DNA of 24,000 nucleotides from positions 841,154-865,153 of the forward strand of contig CAXXLG010000002.1 in NCBI GenBank assembly GCA_963674495.2. Reading direction: 5' to 3'. The translations under genes and the position numbers were made by a program. Source of the DNA: Christensenellaceae bacterium. Lineage in GTDB: Bacteria; Bacillota; Clostridia; Christensenellales; QAND01. This document shows, piece by piece, positions 16,048-23,879 of this stretch; position 1 is the first letter of the stretch; each line of letters starts with the position of its first letter. The notes beneath the pieces are model-generated. The model was not told the origin of the DNA and made no database searches. It saw only the letters and a program-made list of their open reading frames with translations.

Positions 16048-16818
16048 ATGAACCAAAGCAAACGCCTGTTGATTGTGGAGGATGACTACGAGCTGAGCGC
16101 GATGTTGGAAAAGAATTTACAGAGGCTTTCCGCTTTCGAAAGCATCACCTGCACGGCAAGCGGAAAGGAAGCGATAGAGGCCTTGGGTGATGTGGATGCG
16201 GTTGTACTGGATCTGATCATCCCGGATCTTGATGGCATCAGCGTGTTGGAGAAAATGGTTGAACTTATGCCGGAAGAACGCCCGGAGGTTATCGTTGTAT
16301 CCTCCTTTGCCAGCGAAGAGATCATCCGGCATACGCTGTCGCTGGGCGCGCGGTATTTCATGGTCAAGCCCTATTCAATGGAAAGCCTGCAAAAGCGAAT
16401 CATGGACGTTTTGGGTCAGCGGGAGCGGCCTAGAATGGGGCAGAGTATCGGCCCCGTAACGCAACACCGTTCGCAGGATGAACGCATCACAGGCGTATTT
16501 TTAACGGTGGGCATACCGGCACACATCAAAGGATATCATTACCTTCGCCAAGCCATCAAACTGGTCATGGCGGATGAATCGCTGGTCAGCCGTATCACCA
16601 AGGAGTTATATCCGCGTGTGGCGGAGCATTTTGACACCACCTCCAGTAAGGTTGAGCGTGCCATCCGCCATGCGATCGAAGTGGCATGGACGCGCGGCAA
16701 GATCGAGAACATCAATAAGATGTTTGGATTCCAGGTGTACACGAAACACGAGAAACCCACCAACGGTGAATTTATCGCGCTGGTGGCGGATAAACTGGTG
16801 TTGGAACAGAGCGCATAG
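16048..16818 (+). CDS. spo0A: Sporulation master response regulator Spo0A
   Basis: It has a receiver domain (LIVEDD, VVLDLIIPDLDG, MVKP). The diagnostic Spo0A C-terminal motifs are present (GIPAHIKGYHYLRQAI, SKVERAIRHAIEVAWTRG). An AGAGGGAAG RBS is present. Confidence 0.95.
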   Translation: MNQSKRLLIVEDDYELSAMLEKNLQRLSAFESITCTASGKEAIEALGDVDAVVLDLIIPDLDGISVLEKMVELMPEERPEVIVVSSFASEEIIRHTLSLGARYFMVKPYSMESLQKRIMDVLGQRERPRMGQSIGPVTQHRSQDERITGVFLTVGIPAHIKGYHYLRQAIKLVMADESLVSRITKELYPRVAEHFDTTSSKVERAIRHAIEVAWTRGKIENINKMFGFQVYTKHEKPTNGEFIALVADKLVLEQSA

Positions 16819-16827
16819 CCGCGTACT

Positions 16828-16857
16828 TTGCATAAAAAATCTCGTTTGGGGTATGTT
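16828..16857 (+). promoter_or_regulatory. Candidate sigma-A promoter for veg
   Basis: TTGCAT (16828-16833), an 18-nt spacer, then TATGTT (16852-16857). The inverted repeat CTCGTTTG (16841-16848) / CAAACGAG (16868-16875) brackets the -10 element. Confidence 0.45.
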
Positions 16858-16888
16858 GAACATGTAACAAACGAGAGGCGGTGGATGA

Positions 16889-17137
16889 TTGCAGACCCTG
16901 CAACAGATCAAAGGCGGCATCAGGCAAAACCTCGGACGGCGCGTATATGTAAAATCACATCGGGGACGCGTGAAAAGCGTTGAAAACGAAGGCGTGTTGG
17001 AAAACGTATACCAAAGCGTTTTCACCATCCTCGTGAAAAAGGACGGCATTACAAGAAGGCTAAGCTACGCGTACAGTGACCTGTTTACCAAACATCTAGA
17101 ACTCAAATGGCTGGACGATCGAGAGGGTGGCCGGTAG
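16889..17137 (+). CDS. veg: Veg protein (biofilm formation stimulator Veg family)
   Basis: 82 aa that aligns by eye with B. subtilis Veg (TL..IK..L..NLG.R......G.R......G.L...Y.SVF...........R.SY.Y.D). TTG at 16889 is the only possible start because an in-frame TGA lies directly upstream. Confidence 0.85.
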   Translation: MQTLQQIKGGIRQNLGRRVYVKSHRGRVKSVENEGVLENVYQSVFTILVKKDGITRRLSYAYSDLFTKHLELKWLDDREGGR

Positions 17138-17154
17138 CCACCCTCTTTTTTTTT
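17122..17154 (+). terminator. Intrinsic terminator after veg
   Basis: Stem GAGGGTGGC / GCCACCCTC with a 5-nt loop, followed by a T9 run. The stem overlaps the last veg codons. Confidence 0.9.
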
Positions 17155-17271
17155 GTTCATTTTTGTGCAAGTATACACAAAACCATCTATTATTTTTTGA
17201 CTTTATGATGGGTTTATACGTTTGTGCGTCATATTTTTTTTGTGCTGTGACTATGCATAGTAACGTATGGG

Positions 17272-17299
17272 CACCATGGATTTTATGTCCCATATGGTA
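17272..17299 (+). promoter_or_regulatory. Candidate mother-cell (sigma-K/sigma-E type) promoter for the SipL/SpoVID-like gene
   Basis: cACc (17272-17275), a 16-nt gap after the AC dinucleotide, then CATATGGTA (17291-17299). This matches the B. subtilis sigma-K pattern mACm-16-CATAnnnTA. It lies inside the ORF-track 5' extension. Confidence 0.4.
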
Positions 17300-17323
17300 T
17301 ATTTGCGACAGGGGGAGAAAGAT

Positions 17324-18847
17324 TTGGAACATAATAAAGTGAACCAACGAATCTTACGCCATACCGGTGGCGCCTTTTCACAGGCCGTGATTGAAGGGGA
17401 GGTGGCGCTGCCAGTAGGTAAGCCCGAGATGGCGCGGCTGCTTCTGGTACGCGGACGGGCGGAGACTGGCAGCGTGGAAAGCTTGGATCAAAAGGCGATG
17501 ACCGACGGTACGCTGACGTTATGCGTATGTTACCTCGACCAGGAAGAACAGTTGCATGCGTTTGAATCGGTGTCCACGTTCAAACACACTGCCGATGTGC
17601 CCGGTGCACAGGCCGGTATGCGCGGAACGGCGGCTGCTGACGTGAGCGAAATTGAGACGACGATGACGGATGGGCGGCGCATCAACGTTTCCGCCGTCAT
17701 CGACATTTTCTTCAGCATTCAGGATGAGGTTGACTTTGCCTATATGGTACCGTCGCAGCACGAGGGTATGATGTACAAAACCAAGACGCTGACATTTGAA
17801 AAACGCTGTGCCCGCGCCACCACTGCTACCGAGATCAGCGGCGAGTGCGACATACCAAACGGTCAGCCCGGTATCCTGCAGGTGTTGGATTGTCAGGGGC
17901 AGGCGGATGTTCAGCAGGCTTTTGGCGAAGACGACCTCCTGTGCGTGGAAGGAGAGCTCAAGATTTCCATCGCTTATGCTACCAACAACCCGCAAACGCC
18001 CATTGCGCAGAGCTTTGCCCAGATCCCGTTTTCCGAAATGTTACCCGCACCCGGCGCGGCACAGGATCAGCACGTTACGGCAATGGTCAAGGTTAAGGAT
18101 CTTTATGCCAACGGCAGCGAAGACGGCGGAACCATCGAGATACGTGCGGTATGTGCTATTGAGTTGGAAGCGCAGCAATCCATGGAGATCGAGGTGGTGG
18201 AGGATGCTTATGCCCTATCCTGTGAAACGCAGGTGCAGTTGAAAATGGTACAGATGAGCCGGTGTGCCGCCAATTATACCGGTGTGGAGGCGGTTCGCGA
18301 GACCGCGGCAATGACAAATGCCGACGATATGGCGCAGGTTTTAGCTGTGTTTGCCACGCCCAGCGCGGCTCGGGCAACGGCGGGTGAAGGCATGATCACG
18401 CTCGAAAGTGTGATAAGCTGCCAAATCGTTTATACTGATCGTGAGGGACGACTTTACAGCAAGATGGTGCAGTGGCCTGTGAACATGGATCAGCAGGCCC
18501 CCGCGTGCACACCGCAGAGCCATCCCATGGCTCAGATGTATGCTGAACAGGCACAGGCGATGCTGACCTCCGACGGCGTGGATGTACGTGTGCTTTTCAA
18601 CTGGCAGGTATGCATTATGCAGACCGAGGAAACTGCCATTGCAGATCAGATCATCATGAAGGAGGATCAGGATAAAATGGTCCCCAGCGGTGTCGTCGTG
18701 TATTTCACCAGTGAAGGGGATATGCTTTGGGACATTGCCAAGCGCTATCGTATATCCACGCAAGACGTTCTACGCCACAATAGGGAAGCGCAGGAACCGT
18801 TCGCACGGGGCGAACGCCTTGTGCTTATGTGCAGACATGTGAGCTAG
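17324..18847 (+). CDS. SipL/SpoVID-like spore morphogenetic protein with DUF3794 (SPOCS) repeats and a C-terminal LysM domain
   Basis: The C-terminal LysM reads VVVYFTSEGDMLWDIAKRYRISTQDVLRHN. The body has repeated beta-rich DUF3794-like segments. The position veg-X-ispE matches C. difficile veg-sipL-ispE. I prefer the TTG start at 17324 because GGGGGAG lies 5-6 nt upstream. ATG 17267 is the ORF-track alternative. Confidence 0.7.
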   Translation: MEHNKVNQRILRHTGGAFSQAVIEGEVALPVGKPEMARLLLVRGRAETGSVESLDQKAMTDGTLTLCVCYLDQEEQLHAFESVSTFKHTADVPGAQAGMRGTAAADVSEIETTMTDGRRINVSAVIDIFFSIQDEVDFAYMVPSQHEGMMYKTKTLTFEKRCARATTATEISGECDIPNGQPGILQVLDCQGQADVQQAFGEDDLLCVEGELKISIAYATNNPQTPIAQSFAQIPFSEMLPAPGAAQDQHVTAMVKVKDLYANGSEDGGTIEIRAVCAIELEAQQSMEIEVVEDAYALSCETQVQLKMVQMSRCAANYTGVEAVRETAAMTNADDMAQVLAVFATPSAARATAGEGMITLESVISCQIVYTDREGRLYSKMVQWPVNMDQQAPACTPQSHPMAQMYAEQAQAMLTSDGVDVRVLFNWQVCIMQTEETAIADQIIMKEDQDKMVPSGVVVYFTSEGDMLWDIAKRYRISTQDVLRHNREAQEPFARGERLVLMCRHVS

Positions 18848-18850
18848 GGC

Positions 18851-18872
18851 AAGGGGGATACGATTCCCCCTT
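18851..18872 (+). terminator. Hairpin directly after the SipL-like stop (weak terminator); copy 1 of a repeated G5/C5 hairpin
   Basis: AAGGGGGA-tacgat-TCCCCCTT, an 8-bp stem, followed by AGGACTTTCTTTT, which is an interrupted U-tract. Confidence 0.5.
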
Positions 18873-19120
18873 AGGACTTTCTTTTACGCAAACAGGCTTC
18901 CATAGTGTGTTGTGATCCCCTTGATGTTTCCGCGGTTGGGGGTGCGCCAAGCCTCCTTGGAAAATCCTCGGGATGGCCTATTCGCAAAATAAACGGCTAG
19001 GAGATGCGTATTCCGATGTGCCTGTCGCTGGAATCCGGTAATTCATGCGTGCAACAAAAACAAAGCAGCACAGGAGTCTGCCCCTTTGGGAAAAGATCCG
19101 ATCGTGTCAAATAAGTTCAA

Positions 19121-19145
19121 TCAAGGGGGAAGCGTTCCCCCTTGA
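19121..19145 (+). repeat. Copy 2 of the G5/C5 hairpin element
   Basis: TCAAGGGGGAA-gcg-TTCCCCCTTGA, an 11-bp perfect stem. Its arms are nearly identical to those of the 18851 hairpin. A third half-site, TCCCCTTGA, lies at 18916-18924. Confidence 0.6.
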
Positions 19146-19309
19146 AAACGCTCTTTCGTGCGGACAAGCTTGCATCGCAGGTCAATTCGTTCCCCAAACG
19201 TTGTTTGCTGTGGACTCAAAAGCGGATGGATGTAGCCACTTATGACGCGTCCCATAAAACAGCGATGCGCATTGATGGGCGAACAATAAACGCTGTTTAA
19301 AAATAGTTG

Positions 19310-19346
19310 ATCCCTGTCCGGTGAGCGAAGGACAGGGATTTTTTAT
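19310..19346 (+). terminator. Strong plus-strand intrinsic terminator at the end of the non-coding tract, abutting the ispE stop
   Basis: A 10-bp stem ATCCCTGTCC / GGACAGGGAT followed by TTTTTTATCTTGTTT on the plus strand. On the minus strand the trailing tract is poor (ATCAACTATTTTT). Confidence 0.75.
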
Positions 19347-19351
19347 CTTGT

Positions 19352-20194
19352 TTATAGGGAACGGGCGTATATGCAAAACGGCGCGCAGTCCTTGAGTGCC
19401 TCGGCGGCGGACTGTGCCTGCTTCTGGTCGTTATATAGGCCAAACACCGCCGACCCCGTGCCCGTCATGGCGGCATACGCCGCGCCTTGGTTTTCGAGTG
19501 CGGCGCAAAGCGTTTCAATGGACGGACATAGCGATTGCGCGGCATTTTGTAGCGCGTTTTTGGACAGGCTTGCAAAAGCTTTCAAATCGCCGCATCTAAG
19601 CGCGCAAACGGCGCCATGTACGTCGGGCTGTGCTGTGCTTGCCATTTTATCGTACAGGTCGAATACAGCGGGTGTAGACAGGCCCATGGGAGGCTGAAGA
19701 ATCACGAAATGAAGAACCGGCATGTCTTGGAGAGGGGTCATACGTTCGCCGATGCCACGGGCGCGCTGCGTGCCGCCCAAAAGTGCGTACGGTACGTCCG
19801 CGCCCAGGGACAGCGCCATCTCGAACAGTGCCTGATCGTCCGCTTCGCCGGGGTGCAAACCATCGAGTAGCCGCAAAGCAGCGGCCGCATCCGCACTGCC
19901 GCCGCCCAGACCGGATTGTACAGGTATGTGCTTCTCAAGGTGAAAGTGTAGGGGCAGGGGTATACCGGTCCTTTGTGAAAACAGACGCGCTGCCAAAAGC
20001 ACGAGGTTACCGTCACCTTCCAGCGCGGCTTCCGTACATGTAAGGGACAGTTTGCCATCCGTTTGCGGCGCAACGGACAGCGTGTCGTGCAGGTCGATGG
20101 GACAAAAGACGGTATCCAAAAGATGATAACCGTCATCTCTTTTACCGGTTACGCCAAGAACGAGATTGAGTTTGGCAAACGCATGTTGCTGCAA
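19352..20194 (-). CDS. ispE: 4-diphosphocytidyl-2-C-methyl-D-erythritol kinase
   Basis: GHMP-kinase motifs are present: AFAKLNLVLGV, KHIPVQSGLGGGSADAAAAL and MTGTGSAVFG. I prefer the TTG start at 20194 with GAGGTGG 5-6 nt upstream. GTG at 20203 is the alternative. The upstream 197 in-frame codons of the ORF track show no homology-like features and contain the promoter. Confidence 0.85.
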   Translation of the reverse strand: MQQHAFAKLNLVLGVTGKRDDGYHLLDTVFCPIDLHDTLSVAPQTDGKLSLTCTEAALEGDGNLVLLAARLFSQRTGIPLPLHFHLEKHIPVQSGLGGGSADAAAALRLLDGLHPGEADDQALFEMALSLGADVPYALLGGTQRARGIGERMTPLQDMPVLHFVILQPPMGLSTPAVFDLYDKMASTAQPDVHGAVCALRCGDLKAFASLSKNALQNAAQSLCPSIETLCAALENQGAAYAAMTGTGSAVFGLYNDQKQAQSAAEALKDCAPFCIYARSL

Positions 20195-20212
20195 AGATAC
20201 CACCTCATGGGC

Positions 20213-20221
20213 ATTGTAGCA
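20213..20221 (-). promoter_or_regulatory. Extended -10 promoter for ispE
   Basis: The minus strand reads TGcTACAAT (plus-strand ATTGTAgca at 20213-20221), about 10-20 nt upstream of the proposed ispE start. Confidence 0.5.
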
Positions 20222-20359
20222 GACTTTGCATATGCCGAACAGAGCGCACTTTGCGATTAGAAGCTGAAAAAGCGGGCATACTCGAAGAAAATAAAAGTGG
20301 CAAAAATCAAAAGTAATTATACGATGCTTTTTGATGCCGCGGAAAAAACGAGGAATGCC

Positions 20360-20863
20360 ATGAAACGATGGTTGGCAGTGATTTTGATTCTGGGCGCATT
20401 GATGGGACGCATACCCCCTGTCCTGCGACTGCACGTGGTGGCCAACAGCGACACCAAAGCCGACCAGGATGTGAAGCTCTTGGTACGCGATGCGGTGATG
20501 GTGTATTATCAGGACCGGTTGCTGACAATGGAAGGGTTCGGGCAGGCTGAAGCATATATGATGACGCAACTGGACACAGTAAAGGACGTGGCGGACTGTG
20601 TCCTTATCAGCAATGGAATGCCGTACCAAAGCCGGGTATGCTTGGGCACTGCAACTTTTCCCGAGAAATCCTACGATGGTTTGGTATTTCCCGCAGGACA
20701 ATACCATGCGCTCAACATCGTGTTGGGCGACGGAGAAGGGCAAAATTGGTGGTGCGTGCTGTTTCCGCCGCTGTGTCTGCTTCATGCCGAACAGGTGGAT
20801 GAATCCTGGAAACCACAGGACGGCGTGACGTACAAGAGTTGGTTTGCGACACTATGGGAATAG
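20360..20863 (+). CDS. spoIIR: Stage II sporulation protein R (forespore signal for pro-sigma-E processing)
   Basis: It has an N-terminal signal/TM segment followed by the SpoIIR signatures LRLHVVANSDTKADQDVKLLVRD and GEGQNWWCVLFPPLC. The ATG at 20360 has GAGGA 5 nt upstream. Confidence 0.88.
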   Translation: MKRWLAVILILGALMGRIPPVLRLHVVANSDTKADQDVKLLVRDAVMVYYQDRLLTMEGFGQAEAYMMTQLDTVKDVADCVLISNGMPYQSRVCLGTATFPEKSYDGLVFPAGQYHALNIVLGDGEGQNWWCVLFPPLCLLHAEQVDESWKPQDGVTYKSWFATLWE

Positions 20864-20878
20864 GACGGAGGTATTTCT

Positions 20879-21574
20879 ATGAAGATCCGACGCGGTATCG
20901 TCATGGTCATCACCATGGCTTTGACACTGTCACTGTTGTTGCCGATGGTGGGTATCCATATCGAGCCGGATCAAACGGCTTCTGCTGCCGGTGCGACGTT
21001 ACGTAGCGGGGATCGTGGTAGTACCGTTGAGCAGATACAACAACGGCTGCGTGATTGGGGCTATTATTTCGGCCAGGTGGATGGTATATTCGGCGCTCAG
21101 ACGGAACAGGCCGTCAAGAAATTTCAAAAAAAACATGGCCTTGTGGCGGACGGTATCGTCGGGCCCGCCACCGCTGAAAAGATCGGCATCTCACTTTCCG
21201 GCGTGTCGTCGGGCAACAGGTACCAGGCTGATCTCAACCTTTTGGCACACGTGGTGCACGGCGAGGCACGCGGCGAGCCGTACAAGGGAAAGGTTGCTGT
21301 GGCGGCGGTGGTTTTAAACCGTGTGGACAACGCCAGTTTTCCCAATGCATTATCCGGCGTCGTATATCAGCCGCGCGCGTTCTCCATCGTGGATGATGGG
21401 CAAATAAACCTCACGCCGGACAGCGAATCCATACGTGCGGCCAAGGATGCGCTCAACGGCTATGACCCGACAAGCGGATGTCTTTTCTACTACAATCCGG
21501 CCAAGACCACCAGCAAATGGATGCTCAGTAAGCCGATATACCTTCGTATCGGTACACACGTGTTTTGTAAATGA
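20879..21574 (+). CDS. sleB: Spore cortex-lytic enzyme SleB (PG_binding_1 plus Hydrolase_2 domains)
   Basis: It has a signal peptide and a peptidoglycan-binding repeat (VEQIQQRLRDWGYYFGQVDGIFGAQTEQAVKKFQKKHGLVADGIVG). The SleB/CwlJ catalytic domain is present (LLAHVVHGEARGEPYKGKVAVAAVVLNRV ... YYNP). The next gene is ypeB. Confidence 0.88.
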   Translation: MKIRRGIVMVITMALTLSLLLPMVGIHIEPDQTASAAGATLRSGDRGSTVEQIQQRLRDWGYYFGQVDGIFGAQTEQAVKKFQKKHGLVADGIVGPATAEKIGISLSGVSSGNRYQADLNLLAHVVHGEARGEPYKGKVAVAAVVLNRVDNASFPNALSGVVYQPRAFSIVDDGQINLTPDSESIRAAKDALNGYDPTSGCLFYYNPAKTTSKWMLSKPIYLRIGTHVFCK

Positions 21575-21585
21575 GGAGCGCTTCG

Positions 21586-22959
21586 ATGCATACGGATGAT
21601 ATCAACCAATCGAGAAAAAGCATCAGAGGATTTTGGCAGCGTCATGGATGGGCGCTTACAGCGGGTATCTTAGGCGCGGGTCTTGTGGCGGCCATCGTGT
21701 TTGGCATAACGGCGAACGTATCATTCAACCGGGCACAGACGTTGTTGAACAATTCCTACCGCAATGCGTTCAATACCGTAGGCGACCATTTGCACGGCAT
21801 AAGCACCGACCTTGTCAAAATGCGCGTGTGCACCTCCTCCGCCCAGCAATCCATCCTGCTGTATACCGTTTGGCGGGAGGCGGGGCAAGCACAGAGCGGA
21901 CTTTCGCGACTGCCGGTGGATGAACAATCCGGCAACGCCATGTTGCAGTTCGTCAACAGGCTGGGCGACTTTTGTTTTACGCTGGCTCGCCGCGTGGAGC
22001 AGGGCGTTGACATCACGGACGACGAATTTGAAACATTGCGCACTCTAGAGCGCCAGGCGGAAAATGTGGCGACGCAGGTTGAAACGCTTCGGGAGAGCGG
22101 CGTGGAGTGGGAACAGGCACAGATTGCTTGGGACAAGGGAGACGAAGCGCCCACGCTGGACGGGATCAGCCAGGTGTCGGACAGTATACAGGAGTATCCA
22201 TCGTTGATTTACGACGGCCCATATTCTGAACGGGCGGAGAACATCGAGCCAAAAGCAGCCACGGGCGAAACGGTGTCGTATGAGCAAGCGGTAAAAGTGG
22301 CCAAACGCTTTGTTGAGGGGACATACACACGCAATGAAGATGCCGGCGCCCAGGTGCCAACGTATTGTATGACGTGTACGCGTGATGACGGTGTCGAAGT
22401 CGACATATGCGTAACGAAAAAAGTCGGGATGATCTACACTATTCTACCGGGCGGCGCAGCAGCCACAGATGTATACCCGACACAGGAGCAAGTGCCCGCG
22501 CTGATCGAAGTGGCCAAAGAATATCTGCAAAATCGCGGGTTCCCAGCCATGCAATCCGCCTATGCACAGTACTATGCGGGTTCAGCGGTGATCAATATGG
22601 TGCCGGTTGAGAACGATATCCTGCTGTATCCCGATCTTGTCAAGGTATGGGTGGACATCACAACCAGGGAGGTTCTTGGGTTGGATGCGCACAACTATAC
22701 GGTGTCGCATGTTGAAAGGGAGTTTCCAACCGAACTGTACGATCAACAGACACTTACCGACCGGGTTGCTCAGCGGTTAAGCATTGAGAATGTGCGTCTG
22801 GCCATGATCCCCTATAACACAACCGGGGAAAGGCTGTGCTATGAGTTCACCGGAACCAACGGCGAGGATACCTTTGCGGTGTATGTCAATGCGATCACGG
22901 GGGATGAGCTGGACATTAAGCTCATCGTGGACGCGGAAGACGGAACATTCACCTACTGA
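21586..22959 (+). CDS. ypeB: Germination protein YpeB (SleB partner with PepSY-type C-terminal repeats)
   Basis: It has an N-terminal TM segment, is about 450 aa long, and lies directly downstream of sleB. I prefer the ATG at 21586 with AGGAG 7 nt upstream. ATG 21571, overlapping the sleB stop, is the alternative. Confidence 0.8.
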   Translation: MHTDDINQSRKSIRGFWQRHGWALTAGILGAGLVAAIVFGITANVSFNRAQTLLNNSYRNAFNTVGDHLHGISTDLVKMRVCTSSAQQSILLYTVWREAGQAQSGLSRLPVDEQSGNAMLQFVNRLGDFCFTLARRVEQGVDITDDEFETLRTLERQAENVATQVETLRESGVEWEQAQIAWDKGDEAPTLDGISQVSDSIQEYPSLIYDGPYSERAENIEPKAATGETVSYEQAVKVAKRFVEGTYTRNEDAGAQVPTYCMTCTRDDGVEVDICVTKKVGMIYTILPGGAAATDVYPTQEQVPALIEVAKEYLQNRGFPAMQSAYAQYYAGSAVINMVPVENDILLYPDLVKVWVDITTREVLGLDAHNYTVSHVEREFPTELYDQQTLTDRVAQRLSIENVRLAMIPYNTTGERLCYEFTGTNGEDTFAVYVNAITGDELDIKLIVDAEDGTFTY

Positions 22960-23050
22960 ACATGGGTCACGGGCTAAAACGGGAACAAGCCGTGGCATTT
23001 CCAATGTGCTGCCGCCCGGTATGTCACTTGGCGTTATTATCAAGGATTTG

Positions 23051-23075
23051 ATGGCGACTGTAGTCGCCATTTTTG
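23051..23075 (+). terminator. Intrinsic terminator after ypeB
   Basis: Stem ATGGCGAC / GTCGCCAT with a TGTA loop, followed by TTTTT. Confidence 0.8.
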
Positions 23076-23097
23076 CGTTTCTTAAGATTAATTGTTG

Positions 23098-23106
23098 TGT
23101 TATAAT
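23098..23106 (+). promoter_or_regulatory. Extended -10 promoter for the MBL-fold hydrolase gene
   Basis: TGtTATAAT (TATAAT at 23101-23106) in an AT-rich tract. The -35 element is weak. Confidence 0.5.
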
Positions 23107-23166
23107 ACAGAAAATCAGCATACATGTTTTATGTCGTTTAAAAGCAGCGTAGGGGAGGCGAAGAGA

Positions 23167-23823
23167 ATGATTAAGATCACTTGGTTGGCACATTCCTGCT
23201 TTATCATTGAAAACCAAGCGGATGTGCGTCTGTTGATGGATCCGTATGACGAACGTACGGGGTATCAGGTAAAGAGAGTCAAGGCAGACATTGTCACCAC
23301 ATCACACAAACACGGCGATCATGCCAATCTCGCCATGGCGGAGGGAGATTATATGCTTGTTGACAAGCCCGGTAGTTTTCAGATGGGTGGGTTTGCCATC
23401 AAAGGCATTGCGGCCAAGCACGATGATCAAAACGGCGCGCAGCGCGGGGACAACGTCATCTTCGTTGTGGAGACCGACGGCATACGTATTTGCCATCTGG
23501 GAGATCTAGGACACCGGCTAAGCGCCGACCAGATAAATGAGATCGGCCGCGTCGATATCCTCATGACCCCGGTGGGCGGCACCTACACCATCGATGCAAA
23601 AACGGCGTCGCAAGTGGCGGAAGACCTCAAGCCCCTTGTGGTAATGCCCATGCATTACAAGACCGAAGTGTGCACATACCCCATCGAAAGTGAGCAGCGG
23701 TTTTTGGAATTGATGCAGCAGGCGGAATACGCCATCATCATGCACCATGCATCCATGCGGGAATATTCAGCCGATGATCTGCCAAAACGGCATGCCGTGG
23801 TGGTTATGGATCATATGTATTGA
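23167..23823 (+). CDS. MBL-fold metal-dependent hydrolase (UPF0173/YtkL-like)
   Basis: MIKITWLAHSCFIIE..., a histidine cluster TSHKHGDHAN, and a beta-lactamase-fold pattern. The ATG at 23167 has GGGGAGG 9 nt upstream. Confidence 0.75.
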   Translation: MIKITWLAHSCFIIENQADVRLLMDPYDERTGYQVKRVKADIVTTSHKHGDHANLAMAEGDYMLVDKPGSFQMGGFAIKGIAAKHDDQNGAQRGDNVIFVVETDGIRICHLGDLGHRLSADQINEIGRVDILMTPVGGTYTIDAKTASQVAEDLKPLVVMPMHYKTEVCTYPIESEQRFLELMQQAEYAIIMHHASMREYSADDLPKRHAVVVMDHMY

Positions 23824-23849
23824 AAAAGCGCCCATGGGCGCTTTTTTTT
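23824..23849. terminator. Bidirectional intrinsic terminator
   Basis: AAAAAGCGCC-catg-GGCGCTTTTTTTT, with an A-run upstream and a T-run downstream, so it can work on both strands. Confidence 0.85.
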
Positions 23850-23855
23850 GCGTTG

Positions 23856-23879
23856 AGGCATTGCATACAGGCAATGCCT
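23856..23879 (-). terminator. Hairpin immediately after the convergent ABC-exporter stop
   Basis: A 9-bp stem AGGCATTGC / GCAATGCCT with a 6-nt loop and no U-tract of its own. It probably acts together with the 23824 terminator. Confidence 0.4.

Noticed and set aside
18874-18881. GAAAGTCC on the minus strand, reminiscent of the RNase P RNA P4 motif GAGGAAAGUCC.
   Set aside because: It is only an 8-nt match. A minus-strand RNA from here would run into the SipL-like CDS, and no partner P4 strand or other RNase P elements are visible.
19045-19245. A 66-aa plus-strand ORF, and a 64-aa minus-strand ORF at 19182-19376, in the SipL-ispE spacer.
   Set aside because: Neither has an RBS. Both run through strong hairpins and terminators, and their composition is not protein-like. 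Neither resembles an SspF/SASP sequence.
20222-20359. A sigma-F type promoter for spoIIR (GCATA at 20276-20280 with GGCAAAAATC at 20299-20308).
   Set aside because: The spacer is about 18 nt, whereas I recall about 15 nt for sigma-F promoters, and the -10 match is partial. This is too weak to call as a feature.
20195-20785. An upstream in-frame extension that makes ispE a 477-aa ORF overlapping spoIIR on the opposite strand.
   Set aside because: The extension is His/Cys/Gln-rich with no kinase-like sequence. It contains the ispE extended -10 promoter and overlaps a bona fide spoIIR. IspE homology begins at AFAKLNLVLG, right after an RBS-supported TTG/GTG start.
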